Virus record (IMG/VR): IMGVR_UViG_3300044991_001301
Reading direction: 5' to 3' (one strand)
Source of the DNA: a virus
Length of the DNA stretch: 64,000 nucleotides
Position numbers and translations under genes: made by a program. Below the pieces are notes generated by a model, which did not search any database, was not told the origin of the DNA, and saw only the letters and a list, made by a program, of their open reading frames with translations. Position 1 is the first letter of the stretch. Each line of letters opens with the position of its first letter. Positions 34,401 through 46,157 of this stretch are shown one piece after another.

Positions 34401-37400
34401 AGGTATATAACTACCATATGTTTGATTGTATTCGTTAATGGTGATAATGTCATTAGGTAGTAAATCTAGCGTTACCGTTAGTGACGGTGAATCAGTACTG
34501 ATAACATAATCAACATTTACAATTAGTTGTTTAACAGAAGTGACACCGATTGTTGTTCGTGTGAGATATACTAAAACGCCATTGTAATTTGCTTTAGTAA
34601 AATCGTATGTGGTGCTTAATTTATAAATGCTTACATCTAAACTGTTTGCGAATGAATAAGAATTGGAAATATACGGGGCCTTAGATGGCACCATATCACT
34701 CCAGAAAAAGGGCTGCTCCTCAGTCTTAGACGCAACAATCTGATCCAGCGCATCATCCAACATTGTTGCAGGATCATACCGCTGTGAATAAGACGCATTG
34801 TTAACCGTATCAACTAATAGAGTTTTAAATTTAATATATTCTCTGCTGTTGAACATCAACGAGTTAAACAAATTATGATTTTGTTTTCTCAAGAATGTGC
34901 CAGGTAATACCAACGATGCGCTATTTTGAATAATACGGGTGCCATATGGAACTACATTACCCAAGTCACGGTAATTGTTCGAACCAAATACATTTCCAGT
35001 TGTGTCAGGATTGTTATAGAATATACTTTGATATTGTCCTCTAATATCACCTACGTTTGCTGTGGTAACGTCTGCATTTAGTGGATTGTTATTTAAGTTA
35101 ATTGGAATACTGTAGTAAGCGGTAGGACTAACTTGGTCACTTAATATTAATATTTGAACAGGGTTAAGTACCGCGTGATCAATGAACGTAACAGTAGTAC
35201 TGTTACTAGTGGTAGTAACAGTGTAATCTGCAGCGGTTTGTAGTACATTGTTAATGTAAACTTGAATAGTAGGCCAGACTGTTGTGGTACTATCCATTGG
35301 CGCAATATCACATATATACACTGAAGTAGGTGATGGTGTGCTATATGAGAATTCAAAAATTTGATATTGTACGCTCGGTGAGATCGCTGTCTGCCATCCC
35401 AATTGTCTTTCATACACAACGCGAGTTGGGTAATTGTACACATAACCAGTGTTGGTTTTTTGTGTGATCGGTGAAGAACCATTAACATAATTAAATGTGT
35501 CTAGGTTAAGAGATATGTCAAATGATATATCACCCACGTTGTCAATGGAGCTGTATCGGATAGGGAATCCAAGAATACCATCTACAAGTCCGGAACCCAA
35601 TCCATATGCGAATAATTTATTTCCCTTAAACGAAGTTCCGGTGTAAATTTCTGCGTCACCAAAGCTTATGCTGTTATCATCGAATACATCAAACAAGGGT
35701 GGTTGATTTACTTGAGTTTTCTGTTGTGTTTTAATCCATTCCACACCATCAAAATAGAATTCGTTACCTTGATTAAAATATCCACGTAATGCAACGGTCT
35801 GTTGATTAACTAACACTTGTCCGTCAGTAGCCTCAGTCAACGTAATTACCGGATCAGTAGTGCTGGTAACTGTCGAAAAACGACATACATAAATCTTATC
35901 TCTTACATTTTTATCTGTATCTACTGTGAACGCTACCCGAGCACCGTCAAATAACGCATAGGTGTCATTGGTGGTATCAGTTGCTATAATCGACGCAGTG
36001 GAAGTGCCGGCGAAGAAACTGCCTGAACTTGCATCCCACGATACTTCAAATATCGTTTGACTAGTAGTTACGGTGATCGCAGTTATCAGCGCGTTGGTTG
36101 GTATTAAATTAGTTGAGTCGGTAACATATTGCCCCAGAGCAAATGTTCCTGTTACGTCGGTGTTGTCTACTACAACTTCAGTGCTGCGTGGTGTCCAATA
36201 AAATCGCATTGACCCCGACGAACTTGACAAGGCAAATACATCACCGTTTTGTTCAGATGAGATAGTGAATGTAACTAAATCAATAATTTCTTTTACATAA
36301 TAATTTGCTTCAGCTACGACCCCTCCAAATACTGGTCCCAAGTCAACCGCATTAAACACTATCAGGTCATTAACTCTAAAACCAACCGTGCTATCGCAAG
36401 TAATAGTATTTGAAACTGCGGGAAGAGCCACGGTACCGATAGTATCAGTAGCTATTCTAGCGGATACATAATCAGTAGATGCGATAGTTCCGCTATACGC
36501 GGTGTACACTGTAACGTCAGGATAGTAATTTTGTTGTCCTGCTACTAAAGAGAATGCATCTATAGTTCTGGTGTCGATAAAATCAACGGGCGACTTACCT
36601 TCTGTTCCAGCGTTGAACAACCGTAAGTTAGGATAAAATTCGATAATGGGGCGTTTAGCTTTATTATCTGCGGTAGCATAAACACTTACTGAATTGGGAT
36701 TGTTATTGTACAGTGCTGCCGCGTTGATTACGTCTACGTGGAACCAACGATTACTCCTTGACCAGGCATTTTTGTCTAATGAATTTCTAGATATGGTTAT
36801 ATAATCGGGTGTTACCGGAACATACGAGTTACCTTCCCAATTTCCAATATCATACGCTAGAGTATCCCATGGTATGTATGTGCTAGATGTAAAACTTTCG
36901 GGTGATATTAAATCAGAAACCGGTACTAGTTCTATTGCGCTGCCAACACCTTCGACATAATATTGCCCTGATTTATAGCTTGCGGGAACGATGTCTCCCT
37001 GAAATACCACCTTCAATCCATTTGTAAATACAATCCCGGTTGATGATGTGAAATTCTTTCTACCCAAAATATCAGCATCAACATCCAAGGTGTTAGTAAC
37101 ATTACTCTCGATCAATCTAATGATGCCAACTTTATTAGCTGAAGTTCCATCTTGGTAATACAATATATCTAGAGGCGCAGTTATGTAGGGGATTAACACA
37201 ATGGCGCCGGCTGGATTTTTATAGAAATATCTATTCAACCATTGTGTACCATACAACGCTGTTATCTTTTCATTAGTAGGTATAGAGCTACTTGGGATCA
37301 ATCTTATAACAGGGTCCGTTGGGTCACCGACATAAGTAATTGTGTAAAAGGTCTGACTTACTGTAGTGTAATATCCCTCTTCATATAAACCTTGATTGAT

Positions 37401-38987
37401 ATTACCGATCATTGATCCAGATGCAGTGGTTAGTACTACGTCGCTACCGCCTAACAGAGCGGAGACAGTAAATTCTGTCAATGACGAAATTGAACTTATA
37501 TAGTATATTGTTGGTAAAAAGGCAGTCGCATTGCCGGTGCCAGATCCAGCAGCTATCGCAGTGAATATCTTACCCGCTACAATATCATACCCGTAAATAG
37601 TAGTACTAGCTACAGTTTGTGATTGATCTAGCGTGTATGTATCTGTAGCTAAATCATAACTAACAATTACTGTACCTGCGGTAACTCCAAATCCTGCTAG
37701 TGTTTGTCCTATAACTAGCGAGCCTGAGTTTACTGTAGTAACTGTTAATGCGTATCCAGCAATAGAGCCTGTAATGTCAGCACTTGCTGTTACACCTGCC
37801 GCTATCCAATCCGTTGTTCCAATAGTAGTGATAGCATATTCTTGCCCGATAGCAAACGACCCGGCAGCTATTACTGTAGGTGTGCCGGTAAAGTAAGATT
37901 GTATTCCACCGAATGTAGTTCCGGTAAAGGTGATAGTATCGTTTACTGATAGATTTGCAGTAGAATTACAAGTGATTAAATTTCCAGTTGCACTGGTATC
38001 GGTCACTGTGATAGTTTCTGCTGGAACTAGGTTATTATTTTCATCATAATTAGTATAGTCAAAGAAGTTGGATACAAATCCAATCTCAGATGGATATCCT
38101 GTATTGTAAAACATTACAGTTAGCCCGTCCAGAGAAGTTATCCCGTCAATGTTTCCCACTTGCGATAGTAGTTGTCCATTGATGTCGCTATACGGCAATG
38201 TGCTTACTACACCAACAACATTGTTCCCGGGAAAATTATACTGGTCGTCTTGTGCAGTTTTACTAGGTACAGCGAACGTTACAATGCCATTCATTGCTCC
38301 GTTATTTGATACACCATATACCTCACGTGTATATATATTTGGTTGAGTAGGGCTATACCCACTAACGCCCGGTTCAGTTTGTATCCAAAAAGCAGAATTT
38401 TGATTAACTTCAAACGTATATGACCCACCACGAAGCATTGTCAAGGTTGGGTTTATAGTGCCGCCGGCCGTACCCACAGGAGAGATTTGATATCCGTTTG
38501 CTAGATCAGTTACAGCATATGCGGTACTGCTGTATACAGTTTCAGTAGATACAGTAACTTGATCAGGACCTTCAGGAAGCCAATAATATTGGTTGAAGTT
38601 AATTATCTTATCTAAGTTAGTAAATGAATCCCACGAATAGAATTCACTATTGAATAGTCTGTTGTTGTTTTCAGTGAGGCCACCCTCTATTTGAAGAGCA
38701 TCCAATATACCGGGATAGCTAATAAAATCTTGAGCAACAGATTCGTTGGGTTTAGTAAAAACAACACCCGGATCTAATTGGTAATCAACCCTAGTTTTAG
38801 TAGGTTCAGTTACATAATAGTCTTTGGCATTAATGCCATATCCAAATTTACTACCGATATACCCTTCAATTTTTTTAGTATTTGGTTGCGATACCAATTG
38901 ATCGAGGGTAGCACTCAAAAATTGAGCGTTAGTGGGTGTTTGGAATATTTCCGGAAGAAATGATAATGTTCTAATTCTTGTGGCCAT
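19425..38987 (-). CDS. Giant 6520-aa modular virion (baseplate/tail) protein
   Basis: Single uninterrupted ORF next to the gp6-like gene; about 15 repeated beta modules, FG-GAP-like propeller motifs (FGSAVA, FGYSIA, FGNSVD), Asp-box-like SxDGxxW repeats; T/S/V-rich. Confidence 0.75.
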   Translation of the reverse strand: MATRIRTLSFLPEIFQTPTNAQFLSATLDQLVSQPNTKKIEGYIGSKFGYGINAKDYYVTEPTKTRVDYQLDPGVVFTKPNESVAQDFISYPGILDALQIEGGLTENNNRLFNSEFYSWDSFTNLDKIINFNQYYWLPEGPDQVTVSTETVYSSTAYAVTDLANGYQISPVGTAGGTINPTLTMLRGGSYTFEVNQNSAFWIQTEPGVSGYSPTQPNIYTREVYGVSNNGAMNGIVTFAVPSKTAQDDQYNFPGNNVVGVVSTLPYSDINGQLLSQVGNIDGITSLDGLTVMFYNTGYPSEIGFVSNFFDYTNYDENNNLVPAETITVTDTSATGNLITCNSTANLSVNDTITFTGTTFGGIQSYFTGTPTVIAAGSFAIGQEYAITTIGTTDWIAAGVTASADITGSIAGYALTVTTVNSGSLVIGQTLAGFGVTAGTVIVSYDLATDTYTLDQSQTVASTTIYGYDIVAGKIFTAIAAGSGTGNATAFLPTIYYISSISSLTEFTVSALLGGSDVVLTTASGSMIGNINQGLYEEGYYTTVSQTFYTITYVGDPTDPVIRLIPSSSIPTNEKITALYGTQWLNRYFYKNPAGAIVLIPYITAPLDILYYQDGTSANKVGIIRLIESNVTNTLDVDADILGRKNFTSSTGIVFTNGLKVVFQGDIVPASYKSGQYYVEGVGSAIELVPVSDLISPESFTSSTYIPWDTLAYDIGNWEGNSYVPVTPDYITISRNSLDKNAWSRSNRWFHVDVINAAALYNNNPNSVSVYATADNKAKRPIIEFYPNLRLFNAGTEGKSPVDFIDTRTIDAFSLVAGQQNYYPDVTVYTAYSGTIASTDYVSARIATDTIGTVALPAVSNTITCDSTVGFRVNDLIVFNAVDLGPVFGGVVAEANYYVKEIIDLVTFTISSEQNGDVFALSSSSGSMRFYWTPRSTEVVVDNTDVTGTFALGQYVTDSTNLIPTNALITAITVTTSQTIFEVSWDASSGSFFAGTSTASIIATDTTNDTYALFDGARVAFTVDTDKNVRDKIYVCRFSTVTSTTDPVITLTEATDGQVLVNQQTVALRGYFNQGNEFYFDGVEWIKTQQKTQVNQPPLFDVFDDNSISFGDAEIYTGTSFKGNKLFAYGLGSGLVDGILGFPIRYSSIDNVGDISFDISLNLDTFNYVNGSSPITQKTNTGYVYNYPTRVVYERQLGWQTAISPSVQYQIFEFSYSTPSPTSVYICDIAPMDSTTTVWPTIQVYINNVLQTAADYTVTTTSNSTTVTFIDHAVLNPVQILILSDQVSPTAYYSIPINLNNNPLNADVTTANVGDIRGQYQSIFYNNPDTTGNVFGSNNYRDLGNVVPYGTRIIQNSASLVLPGTFLRKQNHNLFNSLMFNSREYIKFKTLLVDTVNNASYSQRYDPATMLDDALDQIVASKTEEQPFFWSDMVPSKAPYISNSYSFANSLDVSIYKLSTTYDFTKANYNGVLVYLTRTTIGVTSVKQLIVNVDYVISTDSPSLTVTLDLLPNDIITINEYNQTYGSYIPNTPTKLGLYPAYTPGVVLDSDYAQPTYFIKGHDGSYNKLYGNYDATLELLIDFRDQVLLEYELRVFNNLKLSSIIPIKEYEVLPGFFRETDYSYNEFLEVYSASFLNWVGQNRINYKRQLYNKNDQFTYNYYQSGNKINKKPIEQGYWRGIYQYYYDTTTPNSTPWEMLGFTEKPTWWQDRYGPAPYTSDNLILWNDLAQGIDWNNGVPIVIKQAIRPELLQVLPVDTEGNLVSPLDSIVGSYNSNIFQRDWKVGDEGPAELSYRRSSSWPFDLMKILALAKPAQFFNLGVDLDNYKYNLEFDQYLVNNRSHLVISDVQIYGSGTAKTSYINWIVDYEKQIGVDATQNITNLLFNLDVRLVYRLAGFSDKTLLKFYVEKGTANNRNASLLIPDESYAVLLYDNQPFKKIVYSGVVIQIVDSGYTVYGNSQTAAYFKTLKPLANGNTSITEVDALRVRTANDYSTQEVIVPYGSLFYTVEELAQFLRAYGAYQEAQGMVFSSIENGLEVTWNQMIAELLYWAQTGWEVGSVLTINPAASTMEINRDGYIVQPLTMRETNFVLNQNLYPIQSMDLAIVRDETQFVIKPLNAGDTLAYGQFNIHSIEHGIVFDNITLFNDVIYNLTTGLRQLRIVLRGTKTADWNGTINAAGFILNQDNIQEWNRTLTYTKGVIVQYKNKYWTALRVIQPSETFNSNDWKRTDYEQIQKGLLPNSSTRSYESTLYYNVDKANLESDADLLSFSLIGYRPRDYLALADLTDITQINVYKNLIKNKGTLNAASAFKGVNLPQGGINYEIYENWAIKSGEFGGVLNSNFVEFKINENYMTGNPSIVGLTNGVYTDGVQQEVPLYSLYNYGRPVFDPNVLPQISSALPPTLLPDAGYVNFNDVKMSAFYYSQLASAVDKNGKVVPIQDFYVRDYLWLANYLEQWQVYTPASIGQVIYVKNNLNGTATITFNQAHNLVQYQPFAIVNFNPAVNGYFLASLIVDPQRVLVNLTLDANTRNITGQGIGLLFQSQRVATPADIATLPLLSAEFTKNTVWVDTNTDGDWAVYRKSINYQYDTETIRPTGVTFGSAVAYTSTLGYLVGDAQAGEVYRYTFNDLANDYQLIQTITHDTSFGATIAYAGDMFFISEPSSAAPKVYAYQLSSTLTNDDLTLFQTAIAAPASSINWGKAIAVSGDTNWVYISDYDNPSTPNLVYVYRKSQTTDEYELSTTITTSGLVAGDNFGYSIATDYYGDTVIIGTPNQDYSPTIDNWGYTYVFSRAVQNIETSQNSIPDVAQIFQLVWTPSTTVTDVSATDATTDVITCTSTSGFVVDMPVLFSGTVYASSNISPSTIYFIESVVSATEFRIKTSVDAIIPLALGTSSGSGMIANVQSTPIYVSVNGTLVDNSNYGVIGNTLVYPSTLSAGDIVTISGDQFTLVQTLTSEVTPKVGVHFGNSVDTTTHASEVIIGAPFELTTQTEEGAVYRYTNGGGKYGMVIGTTDTNVTSTRTLLINNFAVYIPIGNATVAANSISQAGIPNIVATASNGKLIISLINYDLAIPNEKLLIAVVDTTTLTELGISIYTQTQTINCPHITGPTQFGTVVKFNEFDSFVASAPTGTRYAATTFDFTDDENLDNDTVFDNNATQWIDQFVNAGAAYMFDYLAVFGENLDNTGKFVYSQSVNDVNLEYGAQPMYGQAMDFNNYHVIVGTPAFRPGYDNGLVTLYTNSSGITDWSVYRSSAAVVDINRIQNIQLFSAETNNTLINLDFIDPLQGKILGAARENIDVISNSDPAHYNNTTVRRGIIWGAEHVGQLWFNTSTTRFVNYHQNDVTYNSRYWGAVFPGSNVTVYSWIASPNLPVNYNGPGTVFNVDSYAIQYVETASGTLSPIYYYWVRNTNIIFEKTGKTLADSVVESYIAQPRNSGISWFAPLLPSAFGLYNSAAYINANDSVLQMGFSTGTNDDVAHSQYSLIRANYADDFLPGFPGIGGTLIPESLYDRLLDGLCGVDEFGAVVPNPYLPKAVQNGVLARPRQSFFINRFLALKNYLTYANTILAQFPITETRQYSFLFTEGPINPSTGTPFFVTADYWEYANWWAIGYNDNTKSALQVPLYANLLTLSVAVNTIVTVAANSTGNAETYIYNTDGTWTRIGLTNGTIKFKSDLWDYATARIGFGDNFYDTNPYDAYPSEETRNILRGLNEQIYINDLLVFRNKSLILMFEYIQSETIDSQNYLPWLNKTSFIDVSHTIRELRPISIYQSDNQDFLAGYLNEVKPYHVVIKEFLFKYTGADVYAGDITDFDLPAIFDSSVQQFITPELVYSNPSLVSQFLPSSPIWSDPSYISWYNNYGVSITGQDNVQIAILDTYIALNTTAFAISNAQGIPINGVFKIGNELIAYATVDRSVNVVSGLTRGVSNTPITNHIPGELIYIDLPAVLLLDGGRGYSEPPRVIAYIDTTIYPAPSQPAVLEAVMTLDSVLSITVIDPGQGYAVLPQIIIDSAISSEFASTAVSPSYNTIQLYAPLLQTGDLIKYTVGIGSTAIGGLTNNQWYYVNVLETVPTVTVALYSNYRDALQDQNRIVLFSTGTGTTHALSVGAKASCISSAAPIRENNIALRFDRTTYNSQVTDWEMDLYYGSYFAGFAGAYNDPQSVASSSIQLQSTQPAISTILSSAQGVGFEIVDVRNEQTVSYSSLIRQVAEIIALNHAIRLTPLDDGSNNPNASGSTIGFYVNMPIVFKGAVLGGLVNDTVYYVNSIVDATDFTISQSVDGPIFALTGGTVSAAGLECSVGEVTNLAVLTINYPGILEVTATTTSTNTITIPVTLVGTGGTNGFYVNLPVFFTGTVFGGIVENEIYYVTTVLDEQTFTIAESKDPTMLDVSATAASTDYVTISTDTQSLKINDPVIFNSMVILGVDVTVFGNIVSGTTYYVASIPNNNSIQLSAVVNGSVFPLADQAASVDPLLPTNAVLTSQRNVVQLSTATGSMTINVSIPVSPGQINGQQFTLYNTSEQYPDLAGPVSSLVTREIQSTIDTVDRVAISSYSGGLTNIYDNFPLQVETNIGGLVTGTTYYVVDSGYIEVDVTSTSPSIASAVITGDILSGAPVSLLTVTGVTSGAVVPGCSLAGGTVIPGTKVVSQIAGTPGGVGSYFVTNSQNVISSTLTCSLSAVTCDTTDSLYIGMPIIFSGVPLGTIDLNVEYYVRHIVNGTQFVLTNTPGGAITTLTVDNGVMTGTGSPYIQVSTSLGGSVEVLTTETAVVNLVQYPLTPPLFSVSYRMGGYQAIITDSGTGYAIDNTILISGSSVGGTTPNNDLTLTVVAIGTSGEITSVIRSGTVPGISDSYYLRVISSTELAVFSNPLMTVPVSGIDFPYIGIISTTVTGTTSGSNSITVNSVSEFAVNDAVVFTGSVAGGLILGQIYYVLTVSPLTVGTVPNDVGSVEVLSTTLLQDFTMAKYGSYAVLPEPFYFNQSIVRYNNRVYSCLISNHDSEFIFGKWQLLDSGDRRLNALDRVIGYYQPTANMPGYDLTQLVSGIQYPNSTYKGNAFAPDEQFQIDTILQDQPFYPTEVDMKAIIWTGTSYFSPAETSTYSGVVSGSDGENWVIDKLANSVLSLTGIIYVNGIYLITTTNIATPILRSTNAITWTAGGRYIPTALLPNESVTLSSSGMALNSVGYRDGVYIVAGSSIASSVDASIWTNRFTFTNGLVNTLYGVKGVSTNSYYGFVAIGKGQIPDYSTGLTETIDVNLVLTSLDGISWSQSPAYSFNGFYSITDNGNIMVAVGENGVIYTSQTGIVWLGVNEVAVVSVNSDTNNINVSNTDGFLVNDEIRFSNSFNVISSSVTYYVVNIITQSQLQISTSLGGLPITLNDVNPSTTTYMYLYPSTSDLNDVLFDNSIFMAVGNDGLIRTSVDGYVWVTQVSGTLENLNSLVYNATAATWTVVGDNNTIILSSDNGVTWTSSSIFVVVPTVYDVQGDPFQAGYGPEELVAGIISDNITLTVATRPGTNWPETVYQHVGYNVLSIEIQPTSATQTDYSFDLVAQTPAQLAVFVIDGITGTSTSIYEPDYSIDWITNVITLAIPLSFTPITDTLRIDVYETGNGNQLVKANTKTDPIRVNLTTGWNEIYVNCNYSATIFSGSGVIRPGTAPIAVEAIKTTAIENTITCVGVKDFVLNDPITFQGTTFGNILEDTTYYVKTISTVTSSITVSSSYNFTSGTAGPTFVVTTAVGSMYVVIAVGSGAPWAEPLMYHNGVKLLHGLTGTVTRTKATNNAVTCNTTGGLVVGTVVVFSDTMFGGIIIPQTTYVIYSIVDANEFTLEDPANPGNVLVLTTATGGAEFISNDYSFGIAENGVSAKIMLAASYNNTVDYLTYTLFGETTPTQYGYTIPETELFTGDGTTDTFVLANYVADDNPTNAIVEVNGLRQSDTEYIIDNSLNEIVFTTAPLLNDVIAVTSYNLTDRQYLNTQYGITGVTVSDITSISNVITPPISITNITATTAGTNLITCNSTSGFVADQTVEFKGTSFDASINSAGTVYFVLSGFTSTEFQISTTLGGSAVVLVGGTGLLVAYVGGQPAVRVTTGMVNNLSENDIVRIDGVVGSTQLNNNTYYVHVINDVQFDLYEQPYDPAYSAVNYPITSVSSYTSGGYVWLSNSFEIIDTTASDTASLHNKIVVPSTALLVVDTPVIFTAPGSIIGDITLGGIVVGTTYYIIEITSVTEFVISEERNGTPFILTSDSGTMYVTQWEQTNVNRLWVTVNGYRIPSSSLRLNPANEIGILTVVDAADEVIITSMMPSATPNEEVYLLNVNQQNSAAVYRANTLTRTWLVQPLFNTDTVIYVDDITRLTDTVTQIATAPAVVANLMSIGLTADKRIISNVSVYNNTTSAEINSSNYKIVIEELSPILQITSGSWIAPGDQLTITIIEGNLIYVNGEQIKFSSVDTVNNTLSGLQRGANGTGEQVYVPLYSEIFSILSSNRMTDVQYNQTWNSYTFNLVDGDPLQISTTASAIFLNQDQS

Positions 38988-38995
38988 AATAGTAC

Positions 38996-41900
38996 TTATC
39001 TTATTTGTAATTGTGCTGGGGTGAGGGCTGCGATAACTAACACATCATTTGCTGTGGCCGCGTTTACAAATATTTCGTACGGTGCGCATTTAATTTCATA
39101 TAAATCTCCAAAAGCCATTGTTGGGTCATTGGGAACTAATACTGCTGAATTAATTAGTTCCCCTGTTTCCGAATGCAGATATGCACTTAATTCTGAGAAG
39201 TAAAACGTATCTCCAAAATTCCAATTGTTAATTGAAAAATAATTATTCATAGCCGTAAGTACTGCGCTACGAATTTCACTGTCACTAGCGTTCGTGTTAG
39301 AGGCTTTAATTACTTTGATAGTTGATCTAAGTGCAGGTGCTGCTTTAGGACCAAATAATGGTTTAAAGACAACACTGTTTAAAATAACACTATCACTCAG
39401 CATTTTGTAATTATTTACTTCACCGTATTCTTGATTCAATTCACTAATAGTTGGCTGATTTGGTTGTGGTATTGTATCTGTAGTGTCTTGTATCCAATTT
39501 TGATATGCTGTATAATATGCTTGCGTTACTACATACAAATCTATAATATTAGTAGTTGCCGGATCTATACGAGTGGTGTTATTAGAGTTGTGCCGATATT
39601 GGAACTGCAGACCTTGTCGCCCGGGTTTAGTAGAATATTGAGGCTGCGGTACTAAGACATAATACGGCGTAGATACCGTAATATCCTGCACAGTAATATA
39701 AAATATATTTTCAGCATATGCGTAGAATATCTGTCCCAGTGGATAATCATACTTGGAAACTTCTACTTGGGTATTAGTAGGATAGGTATAAACTACATCA
39801 GTTGACGGCACTATTTGATATCTAGACAGACTTAGTGCGTCCTCTATTAGTTCAAAAAAGACATATATACCAATGTTTGTATTACCAGATACATATCCAG
39901 TGACTGTTTGAAAGAATGTAGGATTTAAAATTAAGCCGCGATTATTAATATCGGTGCTTGATATCTCTACTTCAAAATCATTGATATATCCATCTGATTC
40001 AACAGTCTGCCCAACAATGTTAGCCGAAACAGAAGTTGCTAGTGGATAATTAGAACTAGGCTGTGTATTAGTAGCTAGCACCTTAATAAAATCTTGTAAA
40101 ATCTTTCCAGAGAAGGGATCATACACCAATTTATCTCGTTCAAATGAGAATCTAGTATCTTTTACACTACCAAAATAATATGCTAATGAACGCGATGTAA
40201 TGCTATATCTATTACCACCTAAACTTAAGAAGTTGACAAAGTAATTTGCATCGTTGTATTGGTTGATACTCCAACGAAGCTGATTCACTGTTAATGCGTT
40301 ATTAAACACCAGTGAGAAGTTCTGTTGTAACTCCATTCTAGTAATACATTCCTGTATAATCTCGTTCGCTAACGTATTATCAAACGATGGTAATACCGTA
40401 ATTGTCGGTGTGCTAGATGGTACATATCCGTTTAACGTGACTGGCCCAGTACCGTTAGTAAACCCACCTAACCCGTTATTGTACCCATCACCAATAACAT
40501 TAAGAACTGTTGTCCATATCGAAGTAATATCTGACGGGCCGGCAATGCCAGCTACCAATCTATTATTGCTATCAAAATAATATCCAGGAGGTGCAGTAAA
40601 TTTGAGAAGCGCGCCGGTTGTGATGTACTTTACATTGGTTGTGGAGTACGTACCCAATCCGATCGGAGTGTTGACATTGTTTACTTTAGTGTAAAAATAT
40701 CCTGTTACCGAGCTAGCGTCTACTGAACTGGTTTGCCAATAAACTGTATTAGTTCCTGAATCGTCAACTGAATACGTAGCATAATTTTGCGTATAGTATT
40801 GTATCGCACGATTAGATGACAATGTGGAAGCTAAGGTGTCAGTCAGGAATGTGATAATGTTACCGATAGAATTAATAGTCAATGCTAGACTATCGGTGGT
40901 ATCATTTTGCCAAATTGCACCGTCAGTAGCAAACGAATTTAAACTTGAATATTTTCCCGTTGGATCAAGTAGGTCTAGATTTTTAGAAACACCAATCGAG
41001 CTACGATTAATAGCTTTGCTTTTAAGAATTGAACTGTATAGTGTATAAGGGAAGTTATTATAATCTTCTCCATTGACCATACGATTTTGCGAGTAGTATC
41101 TAGTAGGTGCCCGTTGTTTAATGCTTGCTAATGATTCTCTTGCTTGAGCGTTAGAGACTGGCAGCTGTAATTCTAGCCCAACTGTTAATTGTTCCACTCT
41201 ACCCACTCTGCTAAGATACGAGAATGTTATAGAGATGCCCTGCATTTCTGACGGGTCGATGGTGTAGGTAAGCGCATTACCAGCCCGAACATATGCCCTA
41301 AATGCTCCAACTGGGATTTCCGAGAATACCCCGTCACCAAACGTGTAACTTACTTGATCGTTAAATCTAGAAGTTACTGCAAAGATTGCTCTGTTACTAG
41401 TTTCAGTTTGCAGATAAGCATCGGCGTAGACATTCTCAACTTGTTTCCAAAGTGCGCTGGTGCCATTGTTGTCGCTAAGCTGATATAGCCATGTGTCAGT
41501 ATTGTTGATGCCCTGAATATCTATGTTGATTACCTGATTGGTAATCTGCTGCTCTAAGTTAAAATCAGAATTTTGTAGGCCACCTTGTTTAAAGTAAAAG
41601 AAAAATCCGGTATTTGGACTACCATATCCTAATTTGTCATTACGATATAGCATATTAAATCTACCCGATGGGATCGGTGGAATTTCATATATATAATCTT
41701 TATCTACACTTGTAACACTTACTAGCTCAAAATTCATATTGAGGCTGTCTACTGTTGAGGTGAATGGCACTACAGGGATATTATCCGCCGGAATACTAAG
41801 AGTATACTCACTAGTAGTCACCCCTAATAAATCAGCCTGATTGCCCGGGCGACCTACCCGCTGTGTGTTTATCAATGCAGCATTAATAATAGTATTAAAT

Positions 41901-42364
41901 TGTTCAGCCCAATTAGCGTTTGCCGGGTCATTCCATAATATTGGAAGATTGCTTAAATTAACCCCGTTCAAATCAGAGATATTCTGAGTGGTTTGAATAC
42001 TAACTACTTTCAAATATCCCTGCGCAGCTAAGTTTCGTTTAGGAGTATAGCTTACTAAGTTGGCTAGTTTAACAACGGAGTCTCTACGCTCAGCAGTGTC
42101 AATGAAATTTTCTCTGGCGTTTAAGTCGTTTCTAAATGCGAGACCTTGACCCATGAACGCCATGACATCCAGAATTGCAATAAATTCTGAACTTTCAATA
42201 AAGTCATTAAACGTTTCCGGATAATAGACACGCAGATAGTCGATGAAACTCTTACGAAGCGTTTCATAATCAAAACTACGAAAATCAGCTTCTCTGAATG
42301 TTTGGTAAATAGCTTTCCAGTCATTTACACCGAATAGGGAAGATTGTCTTGCGCTTGTCGCCAT
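38996..42364 (-). CDS. gp6: Baseplate wedge protein (T4 gp6-like)
   Basis: [56 protein letters not shown]. Confidence 0.85.
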   Translation of the reverse strand: MATSARQSSLFGVNDWKAIYQTFREADFRSFDYETLRKSFIDYLRVYYPETFNDFIESSEFIAILDVMAFMGQGLAFRNDLNARENFIDTAERRDSVVKLANLVSYTPKRNLAAQGYLKVVSIQTTQNISDLNGVNLSNLPILWNDPANANWAEQFNTIINAALINTQRVGRPGNQADLLGVTTSEYTLSIPADNIPVVPFTSTVDSLNMNFELVSVTSVDKDYIYEIPPIPSGRFNMLYRNDKLGYGSPNTGFFFYFKQGGLQNSDFNLEQQITNQVINIDIQGINNTDTWLYQLSDNNGTSALWKQVENVYADAYLQTETSNRAIFAVTSRFNDQVSYTFGDGVFSEIPVGAFRAYVRAGNALTYTIDPSEMQGISITFSYLSRVGRVEQLTVGLELQLPVSNAQARESLASIKQRAPTRYYSQNRMVNGEDYNNFPYTLYSSILKSKAINRSSIGVSKNLDLLDPTGKYSSLNSFATDGAIWQNDTTDSLALTINSIGNIITFLTDTLASTLSSNRAIQYYTQNYATYSVDDSGTNTVYWQTSSVDASSVTGYFYTKVNNVNTPIGLGTYSTTNVKYITTGALLKFTAPPGYYFDSNNRLVAGIAGPSDITSIWTTVLNVIGDGYNNGLGGFTNGTGPVTLNGYVPSSTPTITVLPSFDNTLANEIIQECITRMELQQNFSLVFNNALTVNQLRWSINQYNDANYFVNFLSLGGNRYSITSRSLAYYFGSVKDTRFSFERDKLVYDPFSGKILQDFIKVLATNTQPSSNYPLATSVSANIVGQTVESDGYINDFEVEISSTDINNRGLILNPTFFQTVTGYVSGNTNIGIYVFFELIEDALSLSRYQIVPSTDVVYTYPTNTQVEVSKYDYPLGQIFYAYAENIFYITVQDITVSTPYYVLVPQPQYSTKPGRQGLQFQYRHNSNNTTRIDPATTNIIDLYVVTQAYYTAYQNWIQDTTDTIPQPNQPTISELNQEYGEVNNYKMLSDSVILNSVVFKPLFGPKAAPALRSTIKVIKASNTNASDSEIRSAVLTAMNNYFSINNWNFGDTFYFSELSAYLHSETGELINSAVLVPNDPTMAFGDLYEIKCAPYEIFVNAATANDVLVIAALTPAQLQIR

Positions 42365-42421
42365 AGTTGTTCTCTTTTAAGTATTTATCATACCTAAAAC
42401 CGTGCTTGTAATAGGATAGGA

Positions 42422-42871
42422 TTATTGTATTACGGCTCGACTGGTATTGCTATCAAAGAACACACTCAATATCTGAGCATTATTGAATGGGGTGACCGAC
42501 ATTTCAACTTCAAGCAATATTCCGTGTTCTTGCGGGAAGGCTTTAACTGAATTTAGTTGTAGTCTAGGATCCAGACTGGCTACTCTACGAATTTCTGCTT
42601 CTATTTGAAACTGAACATCAGCGGTGTTGGGTTCGAATACAAAAGACCACAGTGAAGTACCATATCCCGGTTGTCCTACTTTTTGTCCTTGCCTAATATT
42701 CAACGCATTCATCAGGTCTTGTATAACTAGTGGATAATCAACCAATCTAAATTTCTTCCCCGTGTTGACAGGTTTTAAGATGGTACCGACACCACCATCA
42801 ACCCCTCCACCTGCGTTAGTGGTCTTTGGTTTATTTGCGCCTATTGTGCTGAATCCGATATATGATGGCAT
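42422..42871 (-). CDS. gp25: Baseplate wedge subunit (T4 gp25-like)
   Basis: IRQGQKVGQPGYGTSLWSFVFEP...DPRL; adjacent to gp6. Confidence 0.85.
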   Translation of the reverse strand: MPSYIGFSTIGANKPKTTNAGGGVDGGVGTILKPVNTGKKFRLVDYPLVIQDLMNALNIRQGQKVGQPGYGTSLWSFVFEPNTADVQFQIEAEIRRVASLDPRLQLNSVKAFPQEHGILLEVEMSVTPFNNAQILSVFFDSNTSRAVIQ

Positions 42872-42888
42872 AAACTATTTATCACTTA

Positions 42889-45800
42889 TTATATACGGTA
42901 TGCGCGTGGTTGACTAGCTACGAATTCAGCGTACTGCTTGTCTGTTACCTCTTTGGTCAATGACGCTAGTTCTTGGCTAGCTGCCGCAATTTGAGGATCA
43001 CCCTGTGGTAACGTGTTTGATAGCTCCTGAAATCGATCTTTAGCAACGGTAGCTTTATCCTGCAATGATTGTATTTCAGCCAGTGCTGCGGCGATTGGTT
43101 CTGCTTTTGCTAAATTAGCTGCCTGAGCCGAAACTGCTGCGGCAGAAATTGTTCCAGAGAAATTGGGCTTGGGAATACCTGCCCCCAATAATGATCCAAT
43201 TTGCCCATCTATTGCGCTTCTATCTGTTGTGTTCAATCCTACTGTAGGTAATTTAATAGGGAATGCTCCACCGGATCCGAGCGCGGCGACAGCAGCATTA
43301 AGTTGAGCGGCGTCCGCACTTGGCAGTCCGCCTGTAGCAACTGATGCTAAACTTGTAGTTCCTGATTTGAGCTTATCAAATACGCCTGAAATTGCTCCGG
43401 TAGTTTTACTCAATAGATTAGAAGCAGCTCCAGTTATAGAGCCAACTGCACCCGAAATTGAATTAGGTAATGATATCCCGTTTGTAACTGCTGTGGTTGT
43501 ATTAGTAAGTAGCGCTCCTATAGCAGCCGTACCCGGGATAGCATTAGTCGCACCCTTGGCATAATTAACTACAGCAGATATTGCGTTTTGACCACCCGGT
43601 AAAGCATTTACCCCGCTAGCTAATGCAGAAGCTACCCCTGCAGGGGCCCCTGCTGCCGCGCCAGTCGCTGCTGCTACCGCACCTGTTGCTGCTGCTACCG
43701 CACCTGTTGCTGCTGATGTTAACCCACCTAATGCACCGGTTGCGGCTGATGTTAACCCACCTACTTCGCCAAGTGCTCCGCTAGCTGCACTTGCCAATCC
43801 ACCTGCTGCACCTGCTGACTCTGCCGCTTTAGCAGCCTCTGCAATTGCTGTTAGATTTTGCGGCATGCCGGCTTGTAGTGGCTTGAATGCACGTGTTATG
43901 GCTGAGAATGCTGAACCGGCCACACCCTTTGCCGCATCCATCAACCCACTAAGTCCTGCTATTTTAGTCATTGATCCCAATGCGGTGGAGATAGATCCCA
44001 AGCCACCGGTAACATTTTGTGCGATGCCGGCAGCGAGATTACCAGAGTTAACCGCATTAGATACTGCGGATACTGCACCAGCAGCGCCTGATACAGCATT
44101 CCCAACACCACCTGAAATGTTTTTTATGCTAGATAGGGTAGCGTCCACCCCCGCAGTTGCACCTGACATAATAATGCCCGCAACTGCGCCAGGGGCTTCT
44201 TTACCGGTCATCGCCCCCGCTGCGGTTAATGCCGTTTGAGACTGTTGAAGGCCAATAATTGCTGCATTAACCTGTGCGGTTGGATTTTGAATGAGTGCAG
44301 TAAGATTTTGTGCACCAGGAACACCCGTGAATAAATTAGATGTCAGTGCCGATTGCAAGTTTGATCCACCTTGAACTAGTGAGTTAGTCAGCGCGGCAGC
44401 ACCGGGTTTAAGAATCCCGGCGGCCTCTAACTGGTTTGGTACCTGGGCTAGACTACCTACCGATGCTACAGCACCTTGAACAGTTGATACTATTCCCGAA
44501 CCTGCAGCGACTGCCGCTGCAGCTGGACCAGTAGCAGCATTTCTAGCCATTGCCCCAACCATTGCTGCACTAGTATTTGTGTCAATCGCTGCGCTCACCG
44601 CACTTAGTGGTGGCATTGTTGAGGCAACTGCGACAGTTACCGGAGATGGAGTAGCTGCTCCTTGAGCATCTGCATTAGTTGCTTCAACAGCAGCACTAGG
44701 TGCAGAAGGTAAAGCATCTTTTGCGTTTACTGTGCTCTGAACATCTACTCCCTGTCCTGCATTTGCCCATGGCGCGTGAGCCGGCGCCCTAGACACAACA
44801 CTAATAAGTTTACCTGGCGCAGCAGCAAATCCCTTAGCCGAATCATACAATGTATCTGTGTGTGCAGTGACGGGGAGAGGTGGCACCACATCTGGCGTAG
44901 TTGATGTAGCTCCCGTGTTTAAATTAACTACCGAGCCATTAATGTATGTTGTACCGCTACTAGCATATGAAGCGTCGCCAGCTGACTCCATACTCATTGC
45001 ACCATCTACTTTGTGTGTATGAGTACCCATTGTATAGACTGTATTGTTAGTACCTGTCTTTTGATTAAAGTCTTTTTCTGCATTGATATTGATAGACTCT
45101 GCTTGAATGTTTAATTTTTTCATAGCGTGAATATTAATATCATTATCTGCGTGTAGATTTAAGTCACCCTGTGTTCTAATATTAACAGAGTTAGTTGAAT
45201 ACATATCAATTGTGCCTTCTTTCCCTAACTCAATGTATGACTGTCCGTTAGAATGTAGGATCATCAACGTTTGACCATTATCACTCATTAATATTTGATG
45301 ACCCAGAGAAGTGCGAATTCTTACCAATTGATCGCCGCCTATTTGATCGCCATCATCCATCACGATTGAATGACCACCCCTGCGAGAAATAACTTTTAAT
45401 CCGGCACTTTGACCGCCCTGCCCCGCAGCTTCAGCTACTGTCTCGTCTGTAAAACCACCTTGATAGATAGGTCTACCGGGTGTGCTTATTCCCCAGCCAA
45501 CTCTACTAGGGGATTCTCGTTGCGCACTAGAGCTAATTGGCCCTCTGATCGGATCTCGGATGATACCCTGTTGATTCATAATCATCGCAACATCACTATG
45601 AACAGGCTTAGACACTTTTAGAAAGTTAGGCTCATTAGTAATAGCGGCGTTATTAGTATTCATATTGGTTACTGGAAGTCTAGTAGACCCTCCATAACCA
45701 CTTGCTTCGCCGGAATTTGGCACAACATTAGTACTTGATCCGATAGCAGGAACCATGTGCAGTGCTTCTGGCTTAGGGACACATCCAATGTAAAAGCCAT

Positions 45801-46155
45801 AATTCATATCACCATTAACAAATATACAGACAACAGTAGTACCTAGATCAGGTGGGCTATTCCAAAATCCATATGAGACTGAATTTGTTTTATAGGTGCC
45901 GAAGCCTGTATTAGCTGAGGTAGATTCTACTAATCCATAAAAAGGACTCATGTATGATACGGTCATCCAACTATCGGCGTCATCTGGGTCATTGCTACTA
46001 AAGTCTGCAATGTATACCTGTATTCTGCCGGCTCGTATGGGATCTATGTTATTTTTTACTACACCCAATACAGGTACCGATCGGATATTAGCTCCGCCCG
46101 CATCGGGCTTATTTGCTTTTTTAGTGCCTACAGGTTTAAAAACGTCTTGTGCCAT
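42889..46155 (-). CDS. gp5: Baseplate hub/central spike (gp5-like OB-fold plus beta-helix) with a long Ala/Gly-rich extension
   Basis: GVVKNNIDPIRAGRIQV, PPDLGTTV, RRGGHSIVMDD, beta-helical repeats; no T4-lysozyme domain recognisable. Confidence 0.8.
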   Translation of the reverse strand: MAQDVFKPVGTKKANKPDAGGANIRSVPVLGVVKNNIDPIRAGRIQVYIADFSSNDPDDADSWMTVSYMSPFYGLVESTSANTGFGTYKTNSVSYGFWNSPPDLGTTVVCIFVNGDMNYGFYIGCVPKPEALHMVPAIGSSTNVVPNSGEASGYGGSTRLPVTNMNTNNAAITNEPNFLKVSKPVHSDVAMIMNQQGIIRDPIRGPISSSAQRESPSRVGWGISTPGRPIYQGGFTDETVAEAAGQGGQSAGLKVISRRGGHSIVMDDGDQIGGDQLVRIRTSLGHQILMSDNGQTLMILHSNGQSYIELGKEGTIDMYSTNSVNIRTQGDLNLHADNDINIHAMKKLNIQAESININAEKDFNQKTGTNNTVYTMGTHTHKVDGAMSMESAGDASYASSGTTYINGSVVNLNTGATSTTPDVVPPLPVTAHTDTLYDSAKGFAAAPGKLISVVSRAPAHAPWANAGQGVDVQSTVNAKDALPSAPSAAVEATNADAQGAATPSPVTVAVASTMPPLSAVSAAIDTNTSAAMVGAMARNAATGPAAAAVAAGSGIVSTVQGAVASVGSLAQVPNQLEAAGILKPGAAALTNSLVQGGSNLQSALTSNLFTGVPGAQNLTALIQNPTAQVNAAIIGLQQSQTALTAAGAMTGKEAPGAVAGIIMSGATAGVDATLSSIKNISGGVGNAVSGAAGAVSAVSNAVNSGNLAAGIAQNVTGGLGSISTALGSMTKIAGLSGLMDAAKGVAGSAFSAITRAFKPLQAGMPQNLTAIAEAAKAAESAGAAGGLASAASGALGEVGGLTSAATGALGGLTSAATGAVAAATGAVAAATGAAAGAPAGVASALASGVNALPGGQNAISAVVNYAKGATNAIPGTAAIGALLTNTTTAVTNGISLPNSISGAVGSITGAASNLLSKTTGAISGVFDKLKSGTTSLASVATGGLPSADAAQLNAAVAALGSGGAFPIKLPTVGLNTTDRSAIDGQIGSLLGAGIPKPNFSGTISAAAVSAQAANLAKAEPIAAALAEIQSLQDKATVAKDRFQELSNTLPQGDPQIAAASQELASLTKEVTDKQYAEFVASQPRAYRI

Positions 46156-46157
46156 AA

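Noticed and set aside
16416-38987. Diversity-generating retroelement target in the fibre or giant genes
   Set aside because: No reverse transcriptase and no template/variable repeat pair differing at adenines was seen in this window
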